Shown here piece after piece: positions 37,197 to 48,600 of a stretch of DNA of 64,000 nt. How positions within the stretch are numbered: the first letter of the stretch is position 1; the number at the start of each line of letters is the position of its first letter. The notes beneath the pieces are model-generated. The model was not told where the DNA came from. It ran no database searches and worked only from the letters and a program-made list of their open reading frames with translations. This stretch comes from Chiloscyllium plagiosum (Eukaryota). The translations under genes were made by a program, and so were the position numbers. Location of the stretch: NCBI RefSeq assembly GCF_004010195.1, contig NC_057719.1, positions 60,027,410-60,091,409 on the forward strand. The letters run 5' to 3'.

Positions 37197-38194
37197 CTGG
37201 AGGAGATGGAGAAAAAAAAGCATCAGTCGCACAAGAAACTACAATTTCTGCAGACATGATTTACACACTTCAGCTGAAAAGAGTAAAGGGGCAAATCAGC
37301 TGAGAAAATAATGTAATTTCTCATAAAATGCCTGAGTTTTATACTTGCTTACATCCTTTATTAGCAGGACATATGTAATTTAGTAAATAGACTTGGAGAA
37401 AAGTAAGTTTTGTTAACAAAATAGGGATAAATAATTTAAGATGATCAGGTCTCTATTTGTAAATCCAAAACATTCTATTGAAATGCAGTTCAGCTTTTAA
37501 AGAACAGGGACAAGTTTCCTTTGATCCTTTTCAAGACTCATTTTTCAGCAGCTTCAGAAGAAAAGTGACACTACACATGCTACAGGGTTGTTTTATGATT
37601 TGTGTTCAGATTCAGTTTGAAAGTCTGACTCATAGATCCTAAATTCAATTAGAAACTGGAAACATTGGAAAGATGAATGAATTTGATGAAGAATGCTAGT
37701 GTTTTATCCAGGATGGAATGAATAAATTCGAGAGCACTCTCGTGATGCTCGACATCTCAGTTGCTGAATTAAGATCAACGACAACATATAGTAACCACAA
37801 ATAGATGATAAGGACCAACACACTTAGACCACTGATGTTGGGGAAGGGAATGGAGCTGCTGTGGCCCTTAAGTTAGAATGTTCTACTCATCATTTTGTTG
37901 CTCCAGTTATTATTTTGCCCAGGGTTGTATTAGGTGCCCAGGAGGAAACCTTTTTGAATTATCCACACTATTTGCACCAGATGATGAGCATTCTAACCAG
38001 CCAAAAATAAAGGATATAGAAATGCCACAAAAAAGATTCAGGGAATCTTTTAATAAATAGTTTCAGTGGCTCAAATTTTGTTGGAGCATGCCTTATTAGC
38101 AAAGATTAGTTGTGTAGATTTAGGTTTTAGCATTGTATTCCCACAAATTTGCTGTAAATGTGAATTCATAACAGCCTTGTATACTACATCATTC

Positions 38195-38830
38195 TGCTGT
38201 GTTTCTCTACTTAAATAATAATCTAATTTTCTAACCTCCCTACCAACGAGAACTTCATATTATTCCACATTATTTGCAATTTTGTTCCCATTCAATTAAC
38301 CTATCTATATCCCTTTGAAGACTTTTTGTATCCTCCTCTTAACTTGCTTACTTATCTTTCTTTGTAGAGTTAGTAACAAGAGTCAGCTCCTTCCTCCAAG
38401 TCACTATTATACATTGTAAGTTGGTGAGGTCCCCACACTGATCCCTGTGACACTTGTGCAGTTGTAGTTTGCCAACCTGAAAATAATCTATTTGTCTCAA
38501 CTCCCTTACTGTTAGTAAGTCAATCCTCTAACTACTCAAATAATATTACCTTGAAACCTTGAACTCTCATCTTGTGCAGCATTTTCATATATGACACCTT
38601 ATCTAATGTTTTTTTGAAATTCACATGTACTGCATCTCGCATACCCTTTATTCTCCCTCCCTTGATCAAATAACTCTCCTACAATTTTCAGATATGATTT
38701 TGTTTTCACAAAATGCACGAAAATATTGTGACTTTACAAATGTCCAGTTATTATCTCCTGAATAATTAATTCTGGTATTTCCCAGTAACAGATGAGTGAA
38801 CAGGTCAATGAATTGCTGCTCTCTGTTTCT
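38195..38830 (-). mobile_element. Old CR1 RT fragment
   Basis: ccccacactgatccctgtg (GVPQGSVLG antisense), gacaccttatc (DKV). Confidence 0.55.
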
Positions 38831-38835
38831 GTCTT

Positions 38836-39050
38836 CAGAATCATAGAATTCCTACAGTGTGGAAACAGGCCCTTCAGTCCAACAAGTCCACACCAACCCG
38901 CTGAAGAGTAACCCGTCCTGACCCATTCCCCTACCCTATTACTCTACACTTACCCCTGACTAATGCACCTAACCTAAACATCGCTGAATATTATGAACAA
39001 TTTCACATGACCAATTCACCTAACCTGCACATCTTTGGACTGTGGTAGGA
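38836..39050 (-). mobile_element. HE1 SINE, 3' part
   Basis: cagtgtggaaacaggccc...acctgcacatctttggactgtgg. Confidence 0.8.
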
Positions 39051-39319
39051 AGGTGGAACGTCTGGTGAGACAATCATGAAGATTGATATTTAAATGCATA
39101 CTAATAGTTTATAATAGATAAATGTATCTGTGAACACTTTCTCAAGGCATGATGGGAAGTGTAGCCAATATTGTAGGAATGATCAGATTTGCTTTCATTC
39201 TTGTGAGAATTTACAGCCAAGAATGCAAATTGTAACAATTATATGTTGTTATATAGAGTATGGAGATAAGGGAAAACTGAAGGTTGAGTTGTTATAAAAG
39301 CTAACAGGGAGTAAATTGG

Positions 39320-40370
39320 CATGAAGAGAGAATTGGCTCATGGCCAGGAAACAGCAAATGGGTTTAAGGGGTTCTCCCTTAGGTTGGTAACTCATGACCA
39401 GTAGGTTCCGCACGGATCACTGCTGGGACCACAACAGTTTACAATAATATATTAATATCTTAGAAGAAGGAAGTGGATGCACTGTAGCTAAAATTGCAGA
39501 CAACACTAAAATAGGTGGAAAGGCAGGCTGTGAGAGGGATTCAAACATTTTACAGACAAATATCTATAGGTTAAATAACTGGACAAAAAGTTGACAGATG
39601 GAGTATATTGTGAGAAAATGTTAAATTGCTAATTTTGGAAAGGAGAACAAAACAATAGATTATTATTTAAATGGAGAAAACTTACAGAAATCTGCAACAC
39701 AAAGGAGCTTGGGAGTACTTATCTACAAAACACAAGAAGCTACCACACAGGTTAAGCAGGTAATCAGGAAGGCTAATGGAACGTTGACCCCTATTTCAAG
39801 CGGGTTGGAGTACAACAGTAGGGATGTCATAATGCAATAGTACAAGGTGCTGGTAAGACTTCATCTGGAGTACTGTGAGCAGTTTTGGTCCCCTTATTTA
39901 AGGAAAGCAATTATTTCATTGGAGGCAGATCAGAGGTTCATTAGAATGACTCCCTGTATGGAGGGATTATTTTATGAGCAAAGGCTAAAACAGATTGGGA
40001 CTACTTATTAGTATTTAGAAGAACGAGAGTTGAAACTCATTGAAACATACAGGATTTCCAAGAGATTTGACACAGTTTATGCTGAGAGGATACTCGCCCA
40101 TGGGAGATTCTAGATCAAAAGACATAGTCTCAGAATAAAAGGGTGCCAATTTAAGACTGAGCTGAGGAGGGTTGAGAATCTTAGGAACTCCTTGCCACAG
40201 AGAGTCTTTGTGTATTTTTAAGGCTGAGATACAGAGATTCTTAATCAGTGGGGGAATCAAGAGTTATGGGGAAAGGGCAGGAAAGTGGATGTGAGGAATG
40301 TTGAATGGTGAAACAGGTTCAAGGGGCCGAATGAACTAATCCAGTTCCTATTTCTCACGGTCTTATGGAT
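39320..40370 (+). mobile_element. CR1 LINE 3' portion
   Basis: GSLLGPQQF, KIADNTKIGG, YKVLVRLHLEYCEQFWSP; tail ggtcttatg. Confidence 0.8.
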
Positions 40371-41987
40371 AGGAGGAGCTTTCATCTGTTACCAAAATGC
40401 TCGCTACTCAGCTTGACATAGAATAGCAATTGCAAAACACTAGTTCTATTTTTTTATATTCATCAATGTCAATCATCTTTGCAGTTGCAAGATCCATGGT
40501 AAACTATTCATTCACAAGACATAATATTATTTTTACATGCAACACTGCAGCAAGGTGTTGTTGTGAAAGTTTTAGTTTTAAATCAACTTTTTTCTCAGTC
40601 CAAGAGACCTATTTGAATTTTCTTTGTGGTTTTTTATTTTCCTTTTAATTCTATTGCTTCTTAGCTGCACAAAATTCCCCAATAACTGAGAAAACAAAAA
40701 TTCTGGTTCAAAGCTTTCAAAAACGTGTTTTTATGTAAAATAATGTATCAGTATCTCCATATCCTACTCCCTAATTTTAATTTATTTTCTAGAAATCTGC
40801 TGAAATTAGTTGATAACTAGGAACAGGCCATACATATATAAGTATGTTAATAAATCCAATGAGGAATTGAAGAGAAACTTCACTCAGTGTGTCATGATAA
40901 TGGAAATAAACTGTGGAATGCAAATAGTAACACAGATGCATTTACGGAGGTAAATTATACAGATATATGAGGGATAAAGGAATAGAAAGATATTTTGACA
41001 GGGTTAGATGAAGCAAGATGGGAGATGGTTTGTGAAATGCATGAAATCATGACAGGCTTTGGGCCAAATTGCCAGTCTTTATGCAATAAATTCTGTGCAA
41101 TCCTATGTAACTAAACAATAAAGTTTCTGATAGCTATGACATTGTATTGCTTTGCAAATAAATGAAGATATCTAGTGATCTTGGAATAGTGGCTAAAACC
41201 TTCAAATCAGTGGGAGAAATAACTGGGCTGTGACATTTATCCTAATATCAGGTTCCCAATATTTTCACGACACTAAAGTGCTCAAATGAACACATAGGTA
41301 AAATGGTGCATTCAGTCCCATGTTCAATTCTGCTCCTAGAGGAGGTTTCTTTAAAATTTAAGGCATCTTCTACTAGCCCACCACTAGCAACATGCCAGTA
41401 ACATGCAAGCATCACTAACATTCAACCTCATTATTGTGGTAATGTGAGAAAATTATATGATCTGACCTTATCATTTGCAGCTATTTTGAATACAGGTCAT
41501 TCTGTGAAAACGTGCGTTTTGTTAACACAAATTCATTGTAATGTGATTGACGAATTGGGGATGCTACAGCATGAATTTTTATAAGATTTGTTGGCTGAAA
41601 TGCAGTTACAATGCCACCATTTTAAGTGTTGTTTCTAAAGAGCACAAGAACTGACCTTATTTTGATCCTTTTCCATGCATATTGAACATCTAACATAATT
41701 TCCAGTGGAAAATCTTTGAAGTGATAGTGATAAGTGGGAAGCCAGCCAGAACAGTTTTGTTTGGTTAATTTCCTGCTTTAGCCTTAATACTTATTGGAGT
41801 GAGTTCCACTATTACAATGCCTGCATGTCTCTTTTGTGAATTCTACAGTGCAGCTCTTCTGAAGTTGCTTTAATGTTACTGAACTGTATTTACCGAAAGT
41901 GCTTCAGTGATCGTAGTAAATCCCTTCCTACTACTCTGGCCTATTTTTAGTGCAGAATGGATTTGAAATTTGCAGTTTACGGGCATG

Positions 41988-42552
41988 TGGTGTAAAATTA
42001 TGTCCCAATACATGTGTGAATCATAATGTAACACATGTATTGGGCCAAGCAGTGGAATGTGGTGAAACGGTTAAAAATTATGTCCCAATACATGTGTGAA
42101 TCTAACCGGAATGGAGGTGTTGCTTAGTCCCGTGTGAATCTTATTACACACCTCCCCGTGTGAATCTTCTTATCTGTATGTAACCAGAATGGAATGTGTT
42201 TTTTAGCCTTGCTCTGCTGTTCACATGAATGTTTATATCTGGAAAAGAGTATATCAGCTGGAAAAGTCGCCAGACCCGGGAGTCTGCTCCGGGGTTACGT
42301 TTAACCGCCGAGCGTGGGTTGTTGGCAACCGCTCTACGAGAACTGACGGCTCCCAGTTCCGGTAACATGTAGAGTGAGTATAAGCCAGACCCGTTGTAAG
42401 TATGAGACCTGGTTGTGGCGACGCTGCGGGGAATAAAAAGCTGAAGCATATTCTAGCAGACTCGCCTCTTGGTCGTTTGTTCTGTGTCAGACTACTCTCC
42501 TACGAACCTGACCTTGAGAATTTTTTAAAACAGGGCAAGAACTGGGGAGACA
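41988..42552 (+). mobile_element. Young solo LTR (ERV- or gypsy-type) in the NPAS3 last intron
   Basis: TG...CA termini, 4-bp TSD CATG (41984-87 and 42553-56), repeated gtgtgaatc motifs and a duplicated unit of about 28 bp in the U3-like part, TATAA 42379-83, AATAAA 42432-37, CpG-rich relative to flanks. Confidence 0.75.
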
Positions 42553-43539
42553 CATGTCAAAAGAATAACTCCAAAATAAATGCATACACAGCTCTTAGGT
42601 ATGTGCAGTTAATTGAATTTGTGAATTAGTTGATTTAATATCCCCAATATCAGGAAAAGATTTGTTTTAGTCACAAATGTTAACTACTACCAGCTGCTGG
42701 AGCTGGCTGACAGAGGAGTCCACATGTAGTCATCCACAAAATGATGGATTTGATGACAGTATTACTGTTGACTGCTGCCTATCACTGCTTCAGAAAACAA
42801 TAGTATGGATCTATAAAGTTGTTAAACTTTAAACATTTAAATTAAAACTGTACGATTTTCCATCAAACTTTATCAAACAGAGTTTTGGTGTTACCAGTGG
42901 TAAGATGATTTCGCCAATGATGCTACAAAATTCCTGCTCCTGTGCTAGCGTAGTGTAAAGTGCTGGATATTGCTGCAATACAAATTCACAGTCATGCTGA
43001 ATTAAGTGTGTGTAACACTGTTATCTATCTAGGGGCTTCTTTCAATGTTTTGCAATCCAATGCTTTGTGAAGTTCTTCAGTTGGTATGCTGGCCATTGCA
43101 CTGTAGAATTACACATGGCGTGGGGCAAGCATTGAAAACTGAAAGTATGAATTTTTCTCATTTAAAAATAATAAAACTGATGTGCTAACAACAAAATTAA
43201 TAGTGATAGACACTTGTAGGTAGCTGGAATCTTCACAAGTACAAATGATGTGTCATACATGCAACACTAACCTATTAATTCTTAATCTATTCCTGTCAAT
43301 GTTATGATACATCCTTGGGGATGCTTTATGTAGTAGGATACTCAAATGTATGCTTCTGGTAAACAGAGATAGCATTACCTATTGACTTGCATTTACATGT
43401 TTTGTAATAGGCAGTCATTAACCTGTTTTGAAGCATCTGTCATTTTCCATAGAAATAACACAAATAACATAAATACATAGAAATGTACAGACTTTGGTAC
43501 CAGGCTGCTGGTGCTGGATTTAATATTTACTACTAATAC

Positions 43540-43655
43540 CTGAGTTTTCTTTTGAATCAGATTCAGAATCAGAAGTCTCGGAAGATTCAGAGGTTTTCTC
43601 AGGAAGATTAGGAAGCTGTGCAATATCCATTGGGACATCCTTATACTCAAAATCA
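43540..43655 (-). CDS. NPAS3: NPAS3 penultimate coding exon (116 nt)
   Basis: Not in the ORF-track frame. Acceptor ttattttcctag (AG 43657-43656); reads t|[38 protein letters not shown]|g, similar to the human [33 protein letters not shown] segment. Donor GT at 43539-43538. The trailing G joins AT of the last exon in frame (GAT, Asp). Confidence 0.93.
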
Positions 43656-44224
43656 CTAGGAAAATAACACTTATGTTAGGTTCTGCATGTATACATGGTT
43701 AAATATTCATTAAAAATCTAATGTTTGGTATTCTTTCATATTGAAAAGAGCAAACTAAAATTCATACTTTCAAGCATTAAAACATTTCCAGACATCCTTC
43801 ACTGAATTGAATCAATGAATATTATTGTTGGAGTCCCTTTTATCATCAGTTAAGATTGCCACTTTTTTTACTATCATTTTCACCTGATGTCAGATTTTGA
43901 ATGAAAAGCTTCAGTCATGCGTTCACTTCATCACAATTCTTTTGTTACATTCTGTTGTAATTTCAAAATCAAAAACTCCATCAAACTGCTTTGGTTCACA
44001 CAATAAAGCATACACGTCTTGCCTTTGAAGCTAGTTCATGGCTTATCTTGTTGTTTTACTTGGGGAACAATGATATCATTCTGGAAGTAATGCAAAGCTC
44101 TATTGTCAATTGTGGCTGATACACAGGCAACTAATTGTAATCAGAGAACAACTCTGGTTTGTCACATTGCATTATCTGGAACCTGTGCCATCCAATCCTC
44201 AGGACAAAATTTTTCAAAATCTAC

Positions 44225-44812
44225 CATGGGATGTGGGTGTCCTTAGTTCGGAGAAGATGGCACTGAGTCACTTCTTGAATTGTGGCACTCCTTGTGGTAT
44301 AGGCAGACCCCAGTGCTGTTAGGAACGGAGTTTTTGGATTTTGACCCAGTGATCCTCCTGTGAAGGAATGGTGATATAATGCCAAGTTAGGATTGTGTGT
44401 AATGTGGGGGAGAACTTGGAGGTGTGGGGCTCTCATGCATCTTATATTCCTGTCCTGCTAACTGGTGAAGGTCACAGATTTGGGAAGCACAGTCAAAGGA
44501 GTCTTTGTGAGTTACTGCCACACATCTATAAATAGATGGTACATGCTGCTGTCACTATATTAGTATTGGAAGAAGTGATTATTTAAGGTGAAGATTGGGT
44601 ACTAATCAAGCATGCTACTTTGTCTTGAATGTGTCGGTTCTTTGGTGTTGTGGGAGTTACATTCAATGAGGGCAAATGACTTGCACCCTGTAGATGATGG
44701 ACACACTTTGGTGAGTTAGGATGTGAATTAATTGCTGCAGGATTCCCAATATCTGACCTGTTTTTGTAGCAACAATATTTATATGGATGGCCCAGTTAGG
44801 TTTCCGGTTAAT
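44225..44812 (-). mobile_element. LINE 3' fragment (same family as 13998-14437)
   Basis: catgggatgtggg...ggattttgacccagtga...atatttatatgg. Confidence 0.65.
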
Positions 44813-44834
44813 AGTTACTAAAAGAACAGTTAAT

Positions 44835-45060
44835 GTCACCATAGGCTTACCAGACCAAAAGGCTGCTCTCTCATTATAGAGAGAGAAAAAGGGATGACTG
44901 GTGGTTGTTTAACCTCAGGATCACCATGCCTCAGGCAAGGAGACAGGTTGAGAAGGAGAGTCTTTCATGGTGATCTCAGCCAGTGTGGGAATTGAACCCA
45001 TACTGTTGGCATTGCATTGCATTACAAGCCTGCTGTCCAGCCAGCTGAACTAACCAAGCA
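44835..45060 (-). mobile_element. tRNA-derived SINE, unassigned family (copies at about 51150-51425 - and 61255-61420 +)
   Basis: Antisense box B gggaattgaaccc and box A ccagccagctgaacta; body ggctgctctctcatt...gtttaacctcagg shared with the other copies. Confidence 0.6.
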
Positions 45061-45230
45061 TAGCACATGGGTTCCCTGGACGTTCCTCAATAATTGGTCA
45101 GGCCAGGCACCCACATCAGCCATCACAGGCCAGCTCCTGTCTTCTTTAAACATTGCTTTAGTGAAGTTTAGTCTGTGAAGGTTTCAGGTATTAAAACTAG
45201 ATGATGGATCTTGAATATTAATTGACAGAG

Positions 45231-45439
45231 GAGAAAGTGAGGACTGCAAATGCTGTAGATCAGAGCTGATAATGTGTTGCTGGAAAAGTGCAGCAGGTCA
45301 GGCAGCATCCAAGGAGCAAGAGAATCGATGTTTTGGGCATGAGCCCTTCGAAGGGCTCATGCCCAAAATGTCGATTCTCCTGCTCCTTGGATGCTGCCTG
45401 ACCTGCTGCGCTTTTCCAGCAACACATTATCAGCTCTTG
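45231..45439. mobile_element. Fold-back Penelope terminal-repeat insertion containing a 176-bp palindrome (45262-45437)
   Basis: Two 88-bp arms meet at ttc|gaa (45349/45350) with no spacer; TSD ATTGACAGAG at 45221-45230 and 45440-45449. Confidence 0.9.
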
Positions 45440-47205
45440 ATTGACAGAGCTCCTGTTCAGACTGTAAAGGGGTAATGGAACACAATTATTGGGCAAGAAT
45501 GGCATTTTTGTTCATCCAAAACCAGGGAAGACTTGATGTTGAGGTTAGTAGTTCACTAAATTGTGAAAACCAGTAAAAATTGTCACCAGTAAAATTTCCT
45601 TTTTAAGCGATACTAACATTCTCACATTGATTTTAACCAACATTCCTTATAGTTAAGAAACATGTTTAATATATATTAAATGTTTTTTGGAAGACATATT
45701 ATTGCAATGTCCAACACGTGAAAATTCATGGATGGAATCTTCCAAGGTCCTGATGAGAAATGTGACAGAATCATGAAAGAAGTCAAACAAGGTCTTTCTC
45801 AATGTTGAGAGCAACAAGTGCACTATGTTTTGGAGATTAGGACAGGATCCTGATTAGTAAGCAATGAGAAGTTGATTATTGGGAATTATCATTCATCATC
45901 CACCACATTATTACTGAATCTTGCCTCTTTAATATGCACCCTACTATTTCACTGCTTAGTCCTCCAGACCTCCATCCTGAACACTAGCATCAATGCCTCA
46001 AGGCACAGTCCAACAGCAGTGGCCGCAGGGAACCCCCCATCCAAAGACACTGGCATATGACACATGCCAGCCTCTCCACCCCATTGTAGCACATCTCTGA
46101 TGCACTTACAGTATGTTTCCACGGTGTAATGGAGAACATTACACTGCACTGACAACCATCATTGTAATACTGCTGCAACAAAGTGCACAAGACAGACACT
46201 CAACTCACAGATTGGACCAGGCTGCATCTCAGAATTGCTTATTTGCTCTCTCAGTGCTCACTCACATAATGCCTATCTGGATGCTCAAGGTGCCCTTATG
46301 TTGCCTTTTAGCTTTTTGTACACTCAGTATTTCTGTCTAGTCTTGCAGTTCACTGCGGAAACAAAGCCAGGCTGGTTAGCAGAAATCCGTCAATGGGGTG
46401 GACATGCTCCCAAACACCATAGTACAATGTCAATCTCACACCTACAGAATGTACTGGAAACCTAACTGGCAACTATGTTGCATGTGTATCAACCAAATGG
46501 CCATGTGTCGAAGGGAGTCGTCGTCAGACAAGTCAGTGGTGTGGGATTGGGGTGGGGGGAGGGGGGGAGGGAGGGGGGGAAGGCGGCTGTCAGTCAAAGG
46601 GGTCCCATGTAGTCTATCAAGGCAGCATCCATGATCCAAGAGCTGAGGTATAGCTATCTGGGTCAGGGGGTCTGTCTCACTACAGTCTGGGGAATGGACC
46701 ATGGACAGTCCTACTGGTCCACTGCAACCAGTCAGGGAATGGTGGGTTATCACTTAGGGTTTTGCAGAGGTATCAGTCAAAGTCTGGTCAATCATCATCT
46801 GTCCATCCAAGTTGGTCAGGGGAGTGGAACATGGTCAGTCCTAGGGGTCAGCAGAATGAAGGTCATGGTAGATTTAAGGTAATCAAACATTAGGTTCAAT
46901 GGAGACATCTGACAACAAAACTGAAGTTGGAACTTTCAGTATCAAATGCATTCCATGTTGCCTTCCATTATTCAACATGACCTACAAATGGAAGATGGCC
47001 ATGGCCACCTCTGGAGTAGATGGAGTCAGTGTCTGCTGATGAAAAACATGGGCGTCACTTCTGACCAAAAAAAGCCTTTCAACTGTATATTGTGTCAATT
47101 CTGCAGTGTACAGGATGAAATAATTACATCACATCACTGTGCATGTGAGATGCAGTGTAGACCTGTGTAGGGTGCAAATGGCTGGTTATAAGTGAAGTTG
47201 GCCAC

Positions 47206-47911
47206 TGTTATGGACCAGACCAGATCCCCTCAAAATACTTTAAGAAGGCAGCCCAGACCCTAACTTTTTCTTATTTAAAAGCAAAAGTAACATGCTGTGT
47301 TCCAGATGCAGTTCGATTGGTCAAACTACACTTTATTTAACCGCAATAGTTAAAATACAACCAAAGAAAAAGGAATTAAGAATAAATTAACTCGATTGGA
47401 AAACTTAACAGAATAATAGATACGGTAATGATTACTAATTAACTGTTGCAATATAGTAATATCCCATAAACACACTCTTTGGCAAAAAGACAATTTCAGA
47501 AAAACAGATCTGTTCTCACAGGTAATTGAGAAGCCGAGGAAGAGAATCTGCAGTTTTTGACTGCAATCGAGAGATTTGCTTCCACTTCTTCAAGCCCACA
47601 GTAGCAACTGCTTAAAGCTAAACCTAAAAACTAAAAAAACTGTAGAAATCCTGGTCTTTGACAGCTGGCCACACCCATCCAGGCTTAAGTCCGAGACGTC
47701 AGTTCTCTTGCTGCCTGGATGCTGCCTGATCTGCTGTGCTTTTCCAGTGCCGCACTTTTCGACTCTGCATCTATTCCAACTTTTTAAAAAATCTAAGGTC
47801 TCATAAGCTGTTTACTCTAGTTGTTTTGGTAGACTGCTCATTCTCTCTGCCTTACAACCTGCCTTCAAACAAAAGGACAAAACCACCTTTTAAAGCCACA
47901 GCATCATCACA
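47206..47911 (-). mobile_element. Solo LTR (gypsy-like), older
   Basis: tgttatgg...catcaca termini, imperfect flanks ccac/ctat, minus-strand AATAAA near 47335; carries a Penelope terminal-repeat fragment at about 47688-47775. Confidence 0.55.
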
Positions 47912-48269
47912 CTATTCCATTGGTCATTGCAAATCGCAGACATACAGCTCTGTGAAGCCGAAGTAATCACAATTGACCTTAAAAGAGGCACCTACAGACT
48001 ATACAGACTTCACAATGCTAATGTAAGACTTCCTGGGGTGCACAGGGCCATAGGACTGAATTCTTCTCCAGCTGAAATGTAAGAATACTGCAAGACTTTT
48101 CCACATGCAGTGATATCTTCCATGAATGATATGGAGCTGGGATGAATTCATTACTCATTCAGCACTTACACTTTCCGATTGCTTTACCACAACTGAAAGC
48201 TGCCATGACGAGAATATTGTGTTCCCACTGCATTTGAAAGTCCAGATGCCTTGCAAGGATGATTATTGG

Positions 48270-48600
48270 GAGGTTACCCAAAGTCGCCATAACCAATGAC
48301 TCCATTGCATAAGTCCCTGACTAAGGCTGAGTGCAGATACAATTCAGCACTTGCTACAACCAAGGCCATGGTGTAGCAGACTTGCTGAAGATGAGATTCC
48401 ACTGCTTTACCAGTCTGGTGGACTTTGTGGTGTTCTCCAGACAGAGTGGGGAGAATAATCCTAGCGTGCTGTGTTCTGCTCAACTCGAGCTTGCAAAGAG
48501 GGGTTATAAAGGAGTCTGAAGAACTGGGGGCAGCTGGACTGACTTTCATGGAGGAGGACGAGGACAATGAACAGCAGGAATAATACCCTGAGCATCATAG
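48270..48600 (+). mobile_element. Harbinger transposase C-terminal remnant
   Basis: DLLKMRFHC...SPDRV..IILACCVL.N...RG followed by an acidic EEDED tail. Confidence 0.55.

Noticed and set aside
37197..37257. N-terminal 20 aa ([20 protein letters not shown]) of the 456-aa ORF as a real protein start
   Set aside because: This is intronic polypyrimidine/acceptor sequence; NPAS3 similarity starts at the AG and the upstream exon joins in frame.
41994..42170. Repeated gtgtgaatc units as a CRISPR-like array
   Set aside because: Eukaryotic context, irregular spacing and no cas genes; explained as LTR U3 repeats.
43393..43656. Minus-strand 87-aa ORF ([10 protein letters not shown]...)
   Set aside because: Wrong frame over the true NPAS3 exon.
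46548..46585. G-rich run with G-quadruplex potential
   Set aside because: Low-complexity tract in decayed, unassigned sequence; nothing supports a function.
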